From positions 1 to 50,358 of the forward strand of contig JBCLLP010000002.1 of assembly GCA_039738615.1 (NCBI GenBank): DNA of 50,358 nt, written 5' to 3'. The notes below the pieces were generated by a model, which worked only from the letters and a program-made list of their open reading frames with translations, did no database searches and was not told the DNA's origin. This stretch comes from Candidatus Saccharimonadia bacterium (GTDB lineage: Bacteria; Patescibacteriota; Saccharimonadia; CAILAD01; BJGX01). The translations under genes were made by a program, and so were the position numbers. Each line of letters opens with the position of its first letter. Positions within the stretch are counted from its first letter, which is position 1. This document shows positions 18,247 through 26,835 of the stretch, piece after piece.

Positions 18247-18359
18247 TTTGCTCTCCTTAATTCTTTAATTCGTTTAATTTGTTTCATAATCTCTTTAGCT
18301 TTTTTGTTATCCTTTGGATTGCTAACTCCTCGTCGTTTTTTAACTTCTTTTTCTTCCAT
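18243..18359 (-). CDS. Candidate 38-aa highly basic peptide (below the ORF-track cut-off)
   Basis: My own translation: MEEKEVKKRRGVSNPKDNKKAKEIMKQIKRIKELRRAK. SD GTGAGGAtttATG. The stop overlaps the start of paralog A as ATGA. Confidence 0.3.
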   Translation of the reverse strand: MEEKEVKKRRGVSNPKDNKKAKEIMKQIKRIKELRRAK

Positions 18360-18458
18360 AAATCCTCACTAATTATGGTTTTAGCATACTCCTAATCTTA
18401 TATATAGCCAAGCTAAGCTGGAAAGTGGTGAACCTGAGACAGCTTATTGCTTGTTAAA

Positions 18459-19268
18459 TTAGTTACCAAAGTAAATATAGCCGCTAAATTGGGCTGCCGG
18501 CAATTGAACGTTCTCATGTAAGTGGTAGGATTTACCGTAATTCCAGTTGTATGAACTCAGGGTCATACTATTACCATCTATGGCCTCAACCCAAGCCGTG
18601 AAGCCGAGCGGGCCAAGAGTTGAAACAGCTACCGAGTGTACCTTTGGTGTTGTGCCAGTCGGTATGTTTTCATTTTCAGCAAGAACTAACCAGTTTTTAG
18701 CATGACCAATTAATCCCGCCGGCCAGATAGGGCCCCATTTTGACATATTTCCAAAGGTCTCACTGACTTTCCACGCCGTGTAACTGACGCTTTGGCACTT
18801 GTCCATACCCCACATATCCATACCATTACAATGTTGTTTCCAGTCAGCCGGATAGGTGTCATTGTAAGCAGGTTTAACCGGCTCTTGCTGGCTTGGGTTA
18901 TTGGCAGTATCCGCAGAAGTAGCCATTGAGGAACTAGCGGATTGTTTTTGTGCCGGTTTTTGTTGATTGTAGTTTTGGCTATCCTGTGCTGAAACATGTT
19001 GTTGATTATCTGTTGTCTGTGTCGGTTCAGCAGCATTTGCTTCTTGGACTTGCTCTGATTGTGTGCTGTCGCTTGTTTTTGATGGCAGCATTGCGGCCGT
19101 AGCCGAGACAGTAGTTACGCATAAAAGAATTACGCAGGCGGAAGCAGCTATTCTAACTGGTGTGCTTCGCTCTAGTTTTGTCCAGATGTACCAGAGCAAA
19201 AAAAGCGGAAGCAAAACCACCGCCAGCGGCTTTTTATAGTGCGCCTTAAATACTGATCTAATTTTCAT
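18459..19268 (-). CDS. Membrane-anchored CHAP-like (NlpC/P60-superfamily) cell-wall hydrolase-like protein
   Basis: N-terminal TM segments, a Q/S/T-rich linker, and a C-terminal CHAP-like pattern (DKCQSVSYTAWKV...GHAKNW...PKVHSVAV...GFTAWVEAIDGNSMTLSSYNW). SD GGAGAG. Confidence 0.55.
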   Translation of the reverse strand: MKIRSVFKAHYKKPLAVVLLPLFLLWYIWTKLERSTPVRIAASACVILLCVTTVSATAAMLPSKTSDSTQSEQVQEANAAEPTQTTDNQQHVSAQDSQNYNQQKPAQKQSASSSMATSADTANNPSQQEPVKPAYNDTYPADWKQHCNGMDMWGMDKCQSVSYTAWKVSETFGNMSKWGPIWPAGLIGHAKNWLVLAENENIPTGTTPKVHSVAVSTLGPLGFTAWVEAIDGNSMTLSSYNWNYGKSYHLHENVQLPAAQFSGYIYFGN

Positions 19269-19492
19269 TTTTTACTTACTCTCCGCGATGCATTTGGTCA
19301 TACACCTTATTATACTACTTTTCAAACGGGTTATAAACATTGATCTAGGGTGTCTCCCTGGAAAGTGTTATAATATCTTGTAATCTGTTATGTTTGACAA
19401 GCGTTGTATTTATTACATAAATATGCTATAATACTTATGTATATAATTATTAAATACCTAAAATACCCTAGCATCAGCTAACTTAATAAGGA

Positions 19493-19498
19493 TATAAT
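19493..19498 (+). promoter_or_regulatory. -10 box TATAAT, 7 nt before the ftsK ATG (leaderless-type)
   Basis: ggaTATAATagcctatATG. Confidence 0.4.
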
Positions 19499-19505
19499 AG
19501 CCTAT

Positions 19506-21626
19506 ATGGCCAAACGCAAACGCAGTAAAACTTATAATAAAAAAGCTAAGAAGGCTTTGAGGCAGGAGGAGGCTGGCTTAAAGCGGTCTGTACTCAAGGA
19601 AATCCTAGCAATCGTACTGATTACTATTGGCGTGTTTATTGTTCTTGCGTTTGTAGGAGTGGCTGGTGATTTAGGCCAATGGGTACTGGGTGCGATTGGG
19701 TTCTTGATAGGCCGTAGTGTGCTAGGAGTACCATTGGCATTATTTGCTGTTGCTTTTATGCTTTTTGCACAAGAAAAGTACCCATTACGCACCTATAACA
19801 TCGTGGGAATTATAAGTTTCTTTATATGTCTTAGTACTATCTTGCAGGCCACGCTAGCCCCCAATGCACCATTAGTTATTAGCACTATCGGAAGCTATGG
19901 CGGGGTGGTTGGCTATGGAGTATATGCACTAGTTTCGCCCGTACTTACTCGCTGGGTAATGGTGTTTATATTCTCGATGTTAATGGTCATATCTGTTATC
20001 GTAGCGCTTAATGCTCGTCTAAAAAGTATTATCAGCAAGCTATTATCCCCAATACGCAAAAACAAATTAGAAGATGATGACGCCGAAAACAGTGGATTTA
20101 AGATAAACAATCTTCCTATTAGAGGGCATATAGGTAAGGACGGTCTTGAGCCCAAGCCCGAGCCAGAGGCAATTGTGGTCGAGTCCGACAAGGACTGGAA
20201 GTACCCACCACATAGCTTGGTGGAGGCTATGACCACCCAGGGCGATCCCGGCAATCCCAAGGTGAGAAGCGACATTATTAAAGGAGTTTTTGGTAGTTTT
20301 GGCTATGAGGTTATTATGAAAAACCTAGATATCGGCCCCACGGTATCGCAGTATAGTCTGGTGCCACCAGCTGGCGTTAAATTATCTAAATTCAAGGAGC
20401 TTGATAATAATCTCGCGCTAGCGCTTGAGGCCAAGCAAATTAGTATTGAAGCACCAATTCCTGGTAAATCTTTAGTAGGCGTTCAGGTACCTAATGTAAC
20501 GCCTGCTTTGGTGCGACTTAGGGATATCCTAGAGTCAGAAGAAGCCAAAGCCGAAAAGTCTAAGCTATCATTTGTGCTTGGTAGAGACGTAGGAGGCAAA
20601 ATTGTCTTAAACGACCTGGCATCATCCCCCCATTTGCTGATTGCTGGAGCCACTAATTCTGGTAAGAGTGTCATGATAAACACCTTGCTACTAAGCCTAC
20701 TCTACCGTAATAGCCCAAGCGAGCTCAAGCTAATACTAATTGATCCTAAGGGTGGCGTAGAGCTACGCCCCTATGATTCCATACCCCACTTACTTGCCCC
20801 ACCAATTAATGAGCCTGTTCAGGCCATCTCGGCGCTCCAATGGGCTTCTGCTGAGGTAGAGCGTCGCCAGAAGAAAATTGGTGAAATTGGTGTTAAGAAT
20901 ATAGCTGAATACAATAAGCACAAGGGTATAGATAAGATGCCATATATCGTCATAGTCATCGATGAGCTAGCTAATTTAGTGCTAGATGCACCAAAAGATA
21001 TAGAAAGATTGATTTCAAGGCTTGCTGCTATAGCTCGAGCCTCTGGTATCCATTTGGTCCTAGCCACCCAAAGGCCTAGCGTTAATGTGGTTACGGGTAC
21101 CATTAAGGCCAATATTCCGACTCGTATCGCACTTACTACCACACAGCGGGTAGATTCACAGACAATTATAGATGCACCGGGCGCCGAGAAGCTACTAGGC
21201 AAGGGCGATATGATTTTGATGAGCCCATCATTTATTAAGCCACTTCGCTTGCAGGGAGCTTTTGTGAGTAACGATGAGGTTAAGGGCGTGGTGAATTTCT
21301 TAAAAGCTCAGCGAGAGCCTCAATATAATGAAGAAGTCCTAGCCCAAGCAGTCAGGATAAAAGGCTTCGCCTCATCGCTACCGTCAGGCGATGGCTATGA
21401 CGACGACGAGCTCTATCCTCGTGCCTTAGAGCTAGTTATTCAGCAGAATAAGGCCTCGACTAGCTTGCTACAATTACATCTCAAAATTGGCTACCCTAGG
21501 GCTGCTAGCATAATGCTTTTATTAGAGCAGAGAGGTGTTATTACCTCAGCTGATGGTGCAAAACCCCGTAAAGTATTGGTAGATAGTATCGAGCAGGGTA
21601 GTGGGGGCGATAGTGAGTCCGAATGA
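19506..21626 (+). CDS. ftsK: DNA translocase FtsK/SpoIIIE
   Basis: N-terminal TM helices, Walker A (IAGATNSGKSV), Walker B (YIVIVIDELANL), and a C-terminal gamma winged-helix domain (ASTSLLQLHLKIGYPRAASIMLLLEQRGVI). Confidence 0.9.
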   Translation: MAKRKRSKTYNKKAKKALRQEEAGLKRSVLKEILAIVLITIGVFIVLAFVGVAGDLGQWVLGAIGFLIGRSVLGVPLALFAVAFMLFAQEKYPLRTYNIVGIISFFICLSTILQATLAPNAPLVISTIGSYGGVVGYGVYALVSPVLTRWVMVFIFSMLMVISVIVALNARLKSIISKLLSPIRKNKLEDDDAENSGFKINNLPIRGHIGKDGLEPKPEPEAIVVESDKDWKYPPHSLVEAMTTQGDPGNPKVRSDIIKGVFGSFGYEVIMKNLDIGPTVSQYSLVPPAGVKLSKFKELDNNLALALEAKQISIEAPIPGKSLVGVQVPNVTPALVRLRDILESEEAKAEKSKLSFVLGRDVGGKIVLNDLASSPHLLIAGATNSGKSVMINTLLLSLLYRNSPSELKLILIDPKGGVELRPYDSIPHLLAPPINEPVQAISALQWASAEVERRQKKIGEIGVKNIAEYNKHKGIDKMPYIVIVIDELANLVLDAPKDIERLISRLAAIARASGIHLVLATQRPSVNVVTGTIKANIPTRIALTTTQRVDSQTIIDAPGAEKLLGKGDMILMSPSFIKPLRLQGAFVSNDEVKGVVNFLKAQREPQYNEEVLAQAVRIKGFASSLPSGDGYDDDELYPRALELVIQQNKASTSLLQLHLKIGYPRAASIMLLLEQRGVITSADGAKPRKVLVDSIEQGSGGDSESE

Positions 21627-22638
21627 ACACCCCTCTCGCCCATTAAAAAAAGCCCGCACTCCATCTACTAGCTTGCGATTGGGCCTGCTAATGCGCAAGC
21701 GTCGCAGGGAGCTAGAGCTAAGCCTAGAGGACATCGAGCGAGTCACGTATATCCGCCGTAAGTATTTAAGGCTCATTGAGGCAGGTGATTATGTGTCTCT
21801 CCCAGACGATGTCTATAGCAGAGGATATGTCAAAAATTACGCTGATCAGCTTGGCTTTGATAGCAAAAAAATACTTAAGATATACACTGATGAAAGACAT
21901 AACGATAGCCTTCATACTACCAAGCCTATCACTAGCCGGGCTAGCGCTGGGTTGATGCCAATAGGCTCGCCGACCTACACTATCACCCCCCGAAAAATAT
22001 TCGTATTACTCACTAGCTTATTTGTATTTATAATGGTTGGTTATATTGGCTGGCAATTCTCCCAGCTTTCTGTTCCGCCAGTCATTAACCTTGTCAATCA
22101 GCCCCAGAGCATAGTTAACTCAAGCTTTGTAATAGTCAGTGGGGAAGTAGATAGTGGATCCGATGTGTTTATTAACAACTCACCAATTCTAACCTCAACC
22201 GATGGGTCGTTTAGCGACCGAGTGATGCTGGTAGATGGCTCCAACCAAATCATAATCACCGCCCGCAATAAATTCGGCAAGGAATCTTCTAAAACAATAG
22301 TGGTAGAAACCAAGCTAGATACACCTCGCTCGGCACTACCAACTAATGTCGCCCCAGCTAGCTTTGATGGAGTTGAGGTGCAGGTGAGTATTGGACCGCA
22401 AGCTACTTACTTAGTGGTCAAAGCCGATGGCAAGGAAGTCTTTAAGGGCACTATGCTACCAGGATCCAAGCAACTCTTCAGCGCCAAGGAAAGTATTAAA
22501 CTTACTACAGGTAATGCTGGGAGTACAGCTGTTGTTATTACCAACGCTGTTCTAGCCAATAAGGATATTGGTAGCTTGGGTTCGGAAGGTGAGCCAAAAC
22601 AGGATATAATATTTAATAAGGATACCAATATCAAATGA
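21601..22638 (+). CDS. RodZ-like protein (XRE-type HTH + TM + C-terminal domain)
   Basis: LGLLMRKRRRELELSLEDIERVTYIRRKYLRLIEAGDYVSLPDDVYSRGYVKNYADQLG fits the RodZ N-domain pattern, with one TM (IFVLLTSLFVFIMVGYIGW). The start is uncertain: GTG at 21601 or 21613 (overlapping the ftsK end), or ATG at 21691. Confidence 0.65.
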   Translation: MGAIVSPNEHPSRPLKKARTPSTSLRLGLLMRKRRRELELSLEDIERVTYIRRKYLRLIEAGDYVSLPDDVYSRGYVKNYADQLGFDSKKILKIYTDERHNDSLHTTKPITSRASAGLMPIGSPTYTITPRKIFVLLTSLFVFIMVGYIGWQFSQLSVPPVINLVNQPQSIVNSSFVIVSGEVDSGSDVFINNSPILTSTDGSFSDRVMLVDGSNQIIITARNKFGKESSKTIVVETKLDTPRSALPTNVAPASFDGVEVQVSIGPQATYLVVKADGKEVFKGTMLPGSKQLFSAKESIKLTTGNAGSTAVVITNAVLANKDIGSLGSEGEPKQDIIFNKDTNIK

Positions 22639-23132
22639 GTAAAACATTTTCCTTTGATGCAGTCAGTGAGTTTGACCAGTCCGAAATGAACAATGCAGTT
22701 GATCAAACCGCGCGAGAAATTCAGACTCGCTACGACTTTCAGGGCACTGGGTCTAAGATTAACTACGATAAGGACAAGCAGAGTATAGAGCTAGAAGCCA
22801 ATTCCGAGCTCAAGCTCACTACCATTATAGATGTTCTTGAGTCCAAGTTTATTAAGCGAGGGCTCAATTTAAAGCACCTAGACAAATCGGCTGAGATAGT
22901 TCCATCGGGTATGATATATAAAAAGTCTTTGGCGCTAGTTCAGGGACTAGATCAAGACAAAGCCAAAAAAATAACAAAGCTGGTTCGCGATACATACCCC
23001 AAGGTTAAGACTCAAATTCAAGGTCAAGAGGTGCGTATTACATCAGCTTCCAAGGATGACCTCCAGCAAGTTATGCAACTATTAAAGGGAGCTGATTTAG
23101 ACATGCCCCTTAACTTTACCAATTTTAGGTAA
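22635..23132 (+). CDS. yajQ: YajQ-family nucleotide-binding protein (UPF0234/DUF520)
   Basis: FSFDAVSEFDQSEMNNAVDQTAREIQTRYDFQGT... matches the YajQ pattern. 165 aa, with an ATGA overlap with the upstream gene. Confidence 0.8.
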   Translation: MSKTFSFDAVSEFDQSEMNNAVDQTAREIQTRYDFQGTGSKINYDKDKQSIELEANSELKLTTIIDVLESKFIKRGLNLKHLDKSAEIVPSGMIYKKSLALVQGLDQDKAKKITKLVRDTYPKVKTQIQGQEVRITSASKDDLQQVMQLLKGADLDMPLNFTNFR

Positions 23133-23190
23133 TTTAAGCTGGGGCTTTCATTAGTTTCAGATGTCTGATTAAATAAGTATAAATAAAGTG

Positions 23191-23220
23191 TTGACATGTT
23201 CGCTGTCTGTTCGGTAGAAT
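23191..23220 (+). promoter_or_regulatory. recA promoter TTGACA-N18-TAGAAT, with GTTC/GAAC repeats around it
   Basis: TTGACAtgttcgctgtctgttcggTAGAAT. SD GGGAGG at 23243-23248. Confidence 0.6.
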
Positions 23221-23252
23221 AACGATAGAACAATAACCGAACGGGAGGTAAC

Positions 23253-24326
23253 ATGACAACAGGCACAATAATTAAGAAGGAGAAGAAAGTGGCAAAAGTA
23301 CCAAGCGCTATTAATCCCAAAGCAAACTCATCGGCTAACGAAAAGAGCGCCAGGCTCAAGGCAGTTGAGCTAGCCGTAGAACAAATTGAAAGGCAGTTTG
23401 GTCAAGGCTCAATTATGAAGCTAGGGGAGGGTATGAAGGTTACCATCGAAACAATTCCCACGGGTAGCCTGTCGCTAGATTTAGCATTGGGCGGAGGGTT
23501 GCCACAGGGTAGAATTATAGAAATCTATGGGCCAGAGTCAAGCGGTAAAACGACCCTTGCCTTACACGCCGTAGCTGAAGTCCAAAAGCGAGGGGGGCTA
23601 GCTGCATTTATTGATGCCGAGCACGCCCTTGATCCAGAATATAGCGCCAGGATAGGCATTAATCTCGATGAATTACTAATCTCTCAGCCAGACACGGGTG
23701 AGCAGGCTCTAGAGATTTGTGAAACTCTAGTACGCAGCAGTGCAGTTGATATTATAGTTATAGATTCTGTTGCCGCACTTGTGCCAAGAGCCGAGATAGA
23801 AGGAGATATGGGAGATAGCCATATGGGCTTGCAAGCCCGTCTTATGAGTCAAGCCTTGCGTAAGTTGGCGGGTGTAATTGCTAAGTCTAAGACCACCGTT
23901 ATATTCATCAATCAACTTCGTATGAAGATAGGTGTGATGTTTGGTAATCCAGAAACCACCTCTGGTGGTCAGGCGCTTAAGTACTATGCATCGGTTAGGC
24001 TAGATATTCGCCGTAACGAAGCCCTTAAGGATGGTGATAATATCATTGGTAATCATGTTAAGGTCAAGGTTGTAAAGAACAAGGTCGCAGCTCCGTTTAA
24101 GGTTGCTGAGTTTGACATTATGTATGACGAAGGCATTAGTAGGGAAGGAGATATGATAGATTTGGCAGTCAAGGAAGAGCTGATAGTCAAATCTGGTGCA
24201 TGGTATGCGTATAAGGAAGAGAAAATCGGTCAGGGGCGTGAAGCTGCCAAGCAGTTCCTTAAGGATAATCCTAAGATAATGGCTGAACTAGATAAGACCA
24301 TCAGGGCTCGCCACTTTAGTAGCTAG
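23253..24326 (+). CDS. recA: Recombinase RecA
   Basis: [45 protein letters not shown], and [22 protein letters not shown]. Confidence 0.97.
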   Translation: MTTGTIIKKEKKVAKVPSAINPKANSSANEKSARLKAVELAVEQIERQFGQGSIMKLGEGMKVTIETIPTGSLSLDLALGGGLPQGRIIEIYGPESSGKTTLALHAVAEVQKRGGLAAFIDAEHALDPEYSARIGINLDELLISQPDTGEQALEICETLVRSSAVDIIVIDSVAALVPRAEIEGDMGDSHMGLQARLMSQALRKLAGVIAKSKTTVIFINQLRMKIGVMFGNPETTSGGQALKYYASVRLDIRRNEALKDGDNIIGNHVKVKVVKNKVAAPFKVAEFDIMYDEGISREGDMIDLAVKEELIVKSGAWYAYKEEKIGQGREAAKQFLKDNPKIMAELDKTIRARHFSS

Positions 24327-24335
24327 GTGCTAGCA

Positions 24336-24953
24336 ATGCCTGTCATCACAGACATCACAGCTCAAAAAAAACGCCAGGGTTACTACAATATATTTATTGA
24401 CGGTAAGTATGCACTAGCTCTCAGTGAGGCTGATATAGCTATATTCCAAATACACCGTCGCCAGCACATAGATGCTAGCTACCTCCAAATTCTACGCCAG
24501 GCTCACACCACCTCCAAATGCTATAATTCCGCTATTGGTTATCTGGCGTATCGGCCAAGAAGTATTAAAGAGGTTACGGACTACCTCATAATTAGGAAGG
24601 GGTATGGCACCCAAGACGCCAATACTATTATAGCGAAGCTCACGGTACAGGGCTACCTAGACGATGTTGAGTTTGCGCGGGCCTGGGTTCATAGCAGATT
24701 ATTGCTTAACCCCAAATCCGTATTGGTGTTGCGTATGGAGCTAGCCAAAAAGGGCATACACCAAGATACCATTACATCTACACTGGCCGATATACCTGGT
24801 ACTGATTGGCTCACTAATCTAACAGAGTTAATAACTCGCAAGCAAAGACAACCCAAGTATCAGAATAAGCAAAAACTCACCAAGTATTTGGCTCGACAAG
24901 GTTATAATTACGGACTTATTAAGGAAGCCCTAGAGCTTACGGACTCTTCTTAA
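24336..24953 (+). CDS. recX: RecA regulator RecX
   Basis: It lies directly downstream of recA. The N-terminal ITDITAQKKRQGYYNIFIDGKYALALSE pattern and repeated three-helix modules fit RecX. The start is ATG at 24336 or GTG at 24327. Confidence 0.8.
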   Translation: MPVITDITAQKKRQGYYNIFIDGKYALALSEADIAIFQIHRRQHIDASYLQILRQAHTTSKCYNSAIGYLAYRPRSIKEVTDYLIIRKGYGTQDANTIIAKLTVQGYLDDVEFARAWVHSRLLLNPKSVLVLRMELAKKGIHQDTITSTLADIPGTDWLTNLTELITRKQRQPKYQNKQKLTKYLARQGYNYGLIKEALELTDSS

Positions 24954-25046
24954 GTACGAACCTAAACACTACCGCAGCCAATACTATCCACACTACCAAT
25001 ACTAACAAATCTTTACCTCCGTTTTTATTATTATAGTTTTGTATTG

Positions 25047-25562
25047 CTAGGCTGGCAATCCTTTTGTAGCCGTTTGCTTTGTTTTTATGGTGGCGTCCTT
25101 GACTACCACTAGGTCTTTTTTGATTTCTAGGATATCTGTTCTATCTATTATTAAGCGTTCGTTTAGTAGTCGTTTTATATATCTTGCGCGAATGTGGATT
25201 TTATGAATATAGAAGTCTTGGGGGTTTATTTCTAATTCTTTTGTACTTCCTATCCTTTGCCCAGACGCGCTAACTACCTTACTCCCCATCAAATCAAACA
25301 TGGATATTATGAGTTCTTGGTGGCGCACAAGCTCATCTTGCTCGGATAGCTTGCTTTCGCTGTCTATAATTACTTTTCCTCCAAGTGAGCGGATATCGTT
25401 CGTTAGGAGGTAGGCGGTGCTATTATCGTTAGTTTTAACGCATAGTAATTCCATTCTCAATCCTTTAATAGTCACTAGCCAGCCCGCAATGGTTCCTATA
25501 ATCGTTCCAGAATGGACACTATATATACTTCGGCCTATTAGTGATGTAGCATATATTTTCAT
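25047..25562 (-). CDS. Probable PRC-barrel domain protein (two copies of the motif)
   Basis: LIGRSIYSVHSGTIIGTIAGWLV and LMGSKVVSASGQRIGSTKELEINP resemble PRC-barrel/YlmC-type motifs. This is by-eye assignment only. Confidence 0.45.
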   Translation of the reverse strand: MKIYATSLIGRSIYSVHSGTIIGTIAGWLVTIKGLRMELLCVKTNDNSTAYLLTNDIRSLGGKVIIDSESKLSEQDELVRHQELIISMFDLMGSKVVSASGQRIGSTKELEINPQDFYIHKIHIRARYIKRLLNERLIIDRTDILEIKKDLVVVKDATIKTKQTATKGLPA

Positions 25563-25665
25563 ATACTTATAGATTATAAACGCTATTGTGTTTTTTAGCA
25601 GTTCTTATCTTGACCAATCTGTAATTTAGGGTTAAAATAACCAAGTCAAATCAAATAACCTTTTT

Positions 25666-25708
25666 GCTCCGACAATCATATCGGAGCCGAATTCGCTAGG
25701 GTAGCGAA
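25666..25708 (+). promoter_or_regulatory. Structured rpsF 5' leader (two hairpins flanking a CCG)
   Basis: gctccga-caatcata-tcggagc (25666-25687), then CCGaa, then ttcgct-agggt-agcgaa (25692-25708). It lies downstream of TTGACC-N17-TAAAAT and upstream of SD GAGAGGAG. Confidence 0.35.
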
Positions 25709-25734
25709 AGGGCCAAAAGAGAGGAGTACTAAAT

Positions 25735-26106
25735 ATGCGAAATTACGAAGTCGCAGTAGTGTTACACCCAGATCTTGAAGTAGATGTGCAGGGATCACTT
25801 GATAAAATAGAAGCAATCCTTACCAAAAATGGTGGTAAGATTACCAAGAAGGACAATTGGGGCAAGCGAAAGCTAGCCTATAAAATTAAAAAACAGGATT
25901 GGGGTATTTATGTTTTTTATAATATTACCGTAGATGCCACCAAAATTGGCTTAATTAACCAAGCTTTGCGAATTACCGAACAAGTAATGCGTTATCTTAT
26001 TGTGTCTGTGGAAAATATTCGCTACATTAATCAGCCAAATCGTACTGCTAAGCCTAAGGTCAGCATTAAGACTAGCACTACCGATACTAATAGCGAGGAG
26101 AAATAA
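25735..26106 (+). CDS. rpsF: 30S ribosomal protein S6
   Basis: MRNYEVAVVLHPDLE...WGKRKLAYKIKK, in the rpsF-ssb-rpsR operon order. Confidence 0.93.
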   Translation: MRNYEVAVVLHPDLEVDVQGSLDKIEAILTKNGGKITKKDNWGKRKLAYKIKKQDWGIYVFYNITVDATKIGLINQALRITEQVMRYLIVSVENIRYINQPNRTAKPKVSIKTSTTDTNSEEK

Positions 26107-26108
26107 TT

Positions 26109-26591
26109 ATGGCTAAAGATTTTAACCAAGCAATAGTAATGGGTAATCTCACCAGAGATCCCGAAATGCGCACCACGCCAAGTGGTCAGAATGTAACTTC
26201 ATTTAGTGTGGCTACTAATCGTAGCTGGCTGGATCAAAGTGGCGAAAAGAAAGATTCTGTGGAGTACCACAATATCGTTGCCTGGGGTAAGCTTGCCGAG
26301 TTGGTTAATAGCTACCTTAAGAAAGGTCGCAAGGTATTAGTATCTGGCCGCTTGCAAACTCGTAGCTGGGAAGGGGACGATGGAGCCAAGCGTCAACGAA
26401 CCGAGATAGTTGCAAGTGACATTAATTTTATTGGCGGGCAAGCTGATGGTGGTAAGGATTACTCAGCTGACAGCTCTAACTCTGCCGGTAGCAAGCCAAC
26501 CCCACCCGTCAAACCAACCAAAAAAGGCGACGCCCCTTCGGTAGATGATATGGGCGAGGGCGATATTAACCTAGACGACATACCGTTCTAA
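26109..26591 (+). CDS. ssb: Single-stranded DNA-binding protein
   Basis: OB-fold N-domain (NQAIVMGNLTRDPEMRTTPSGQNVTSFSVATNR...YHNIVAWGKLAE) and an acidic tail ending DDIPF. Confidence 0.95.
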   Translation: MAKDFNQAIVMGNLTRDPEMRTTPSGQNVTSFSVATNRSWLDQSGEKKDSVEYHNIVAWGKLAELVNSYLKKGRKVLVSGRLQTRSWEGDDGAKRQRTEIVASDINFIGGQADGGKDYSADSSNSAGSKPTPPVKPTKKGDAPSVDDMGEGDINLDDIPF

Positions 26592-26609
26592 CCAAAGAAG
26601 GAAATAATT

Positions 26610-26828
26610 ATGGCAGACTTTTATAGGGCCAAACAGAACAAACTATATTCCGAAGAAATAGAATACATTGACTATAAGGACGTTAAGCTTTTACAGCGCT
26701 ATCTTAATGGCGTAGGCAAGATTGATTCCCGCAAAAAAACAGGCGCAAGTATGAAGCATCAGCGTATGCTGACAGTTGCCCTCAAGCGCGCACGGCACCT
26801 AGCTCTATTACCATTTGTAGTTAAATAG
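26610..26828 (+). CDS. rpsR: 30S ribosomal protein S18
   Basis: [50 protein letters not shown]. Confidence 0.93.
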   Translation: MADFYRAKQNKLYSEEIEYIDYKDVKLLQRYLNGVGKIDSRKKTGASMKHQRMLTVALKRARHLALLPFVVK

Positions 26829-26835
26829 CCTCACT

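Noticed and set aside
24985-24992. A DnaA-box-like TATCCACA; mnmG (gidA), which is often close to oriC, also lies in this window.
   Set aside because: It is a single 8-mer in a convergent intergenic spacer. I found no cluster of boxes, no AT-rich unwinding element next to it, and no dnaA or dnaN in the window.
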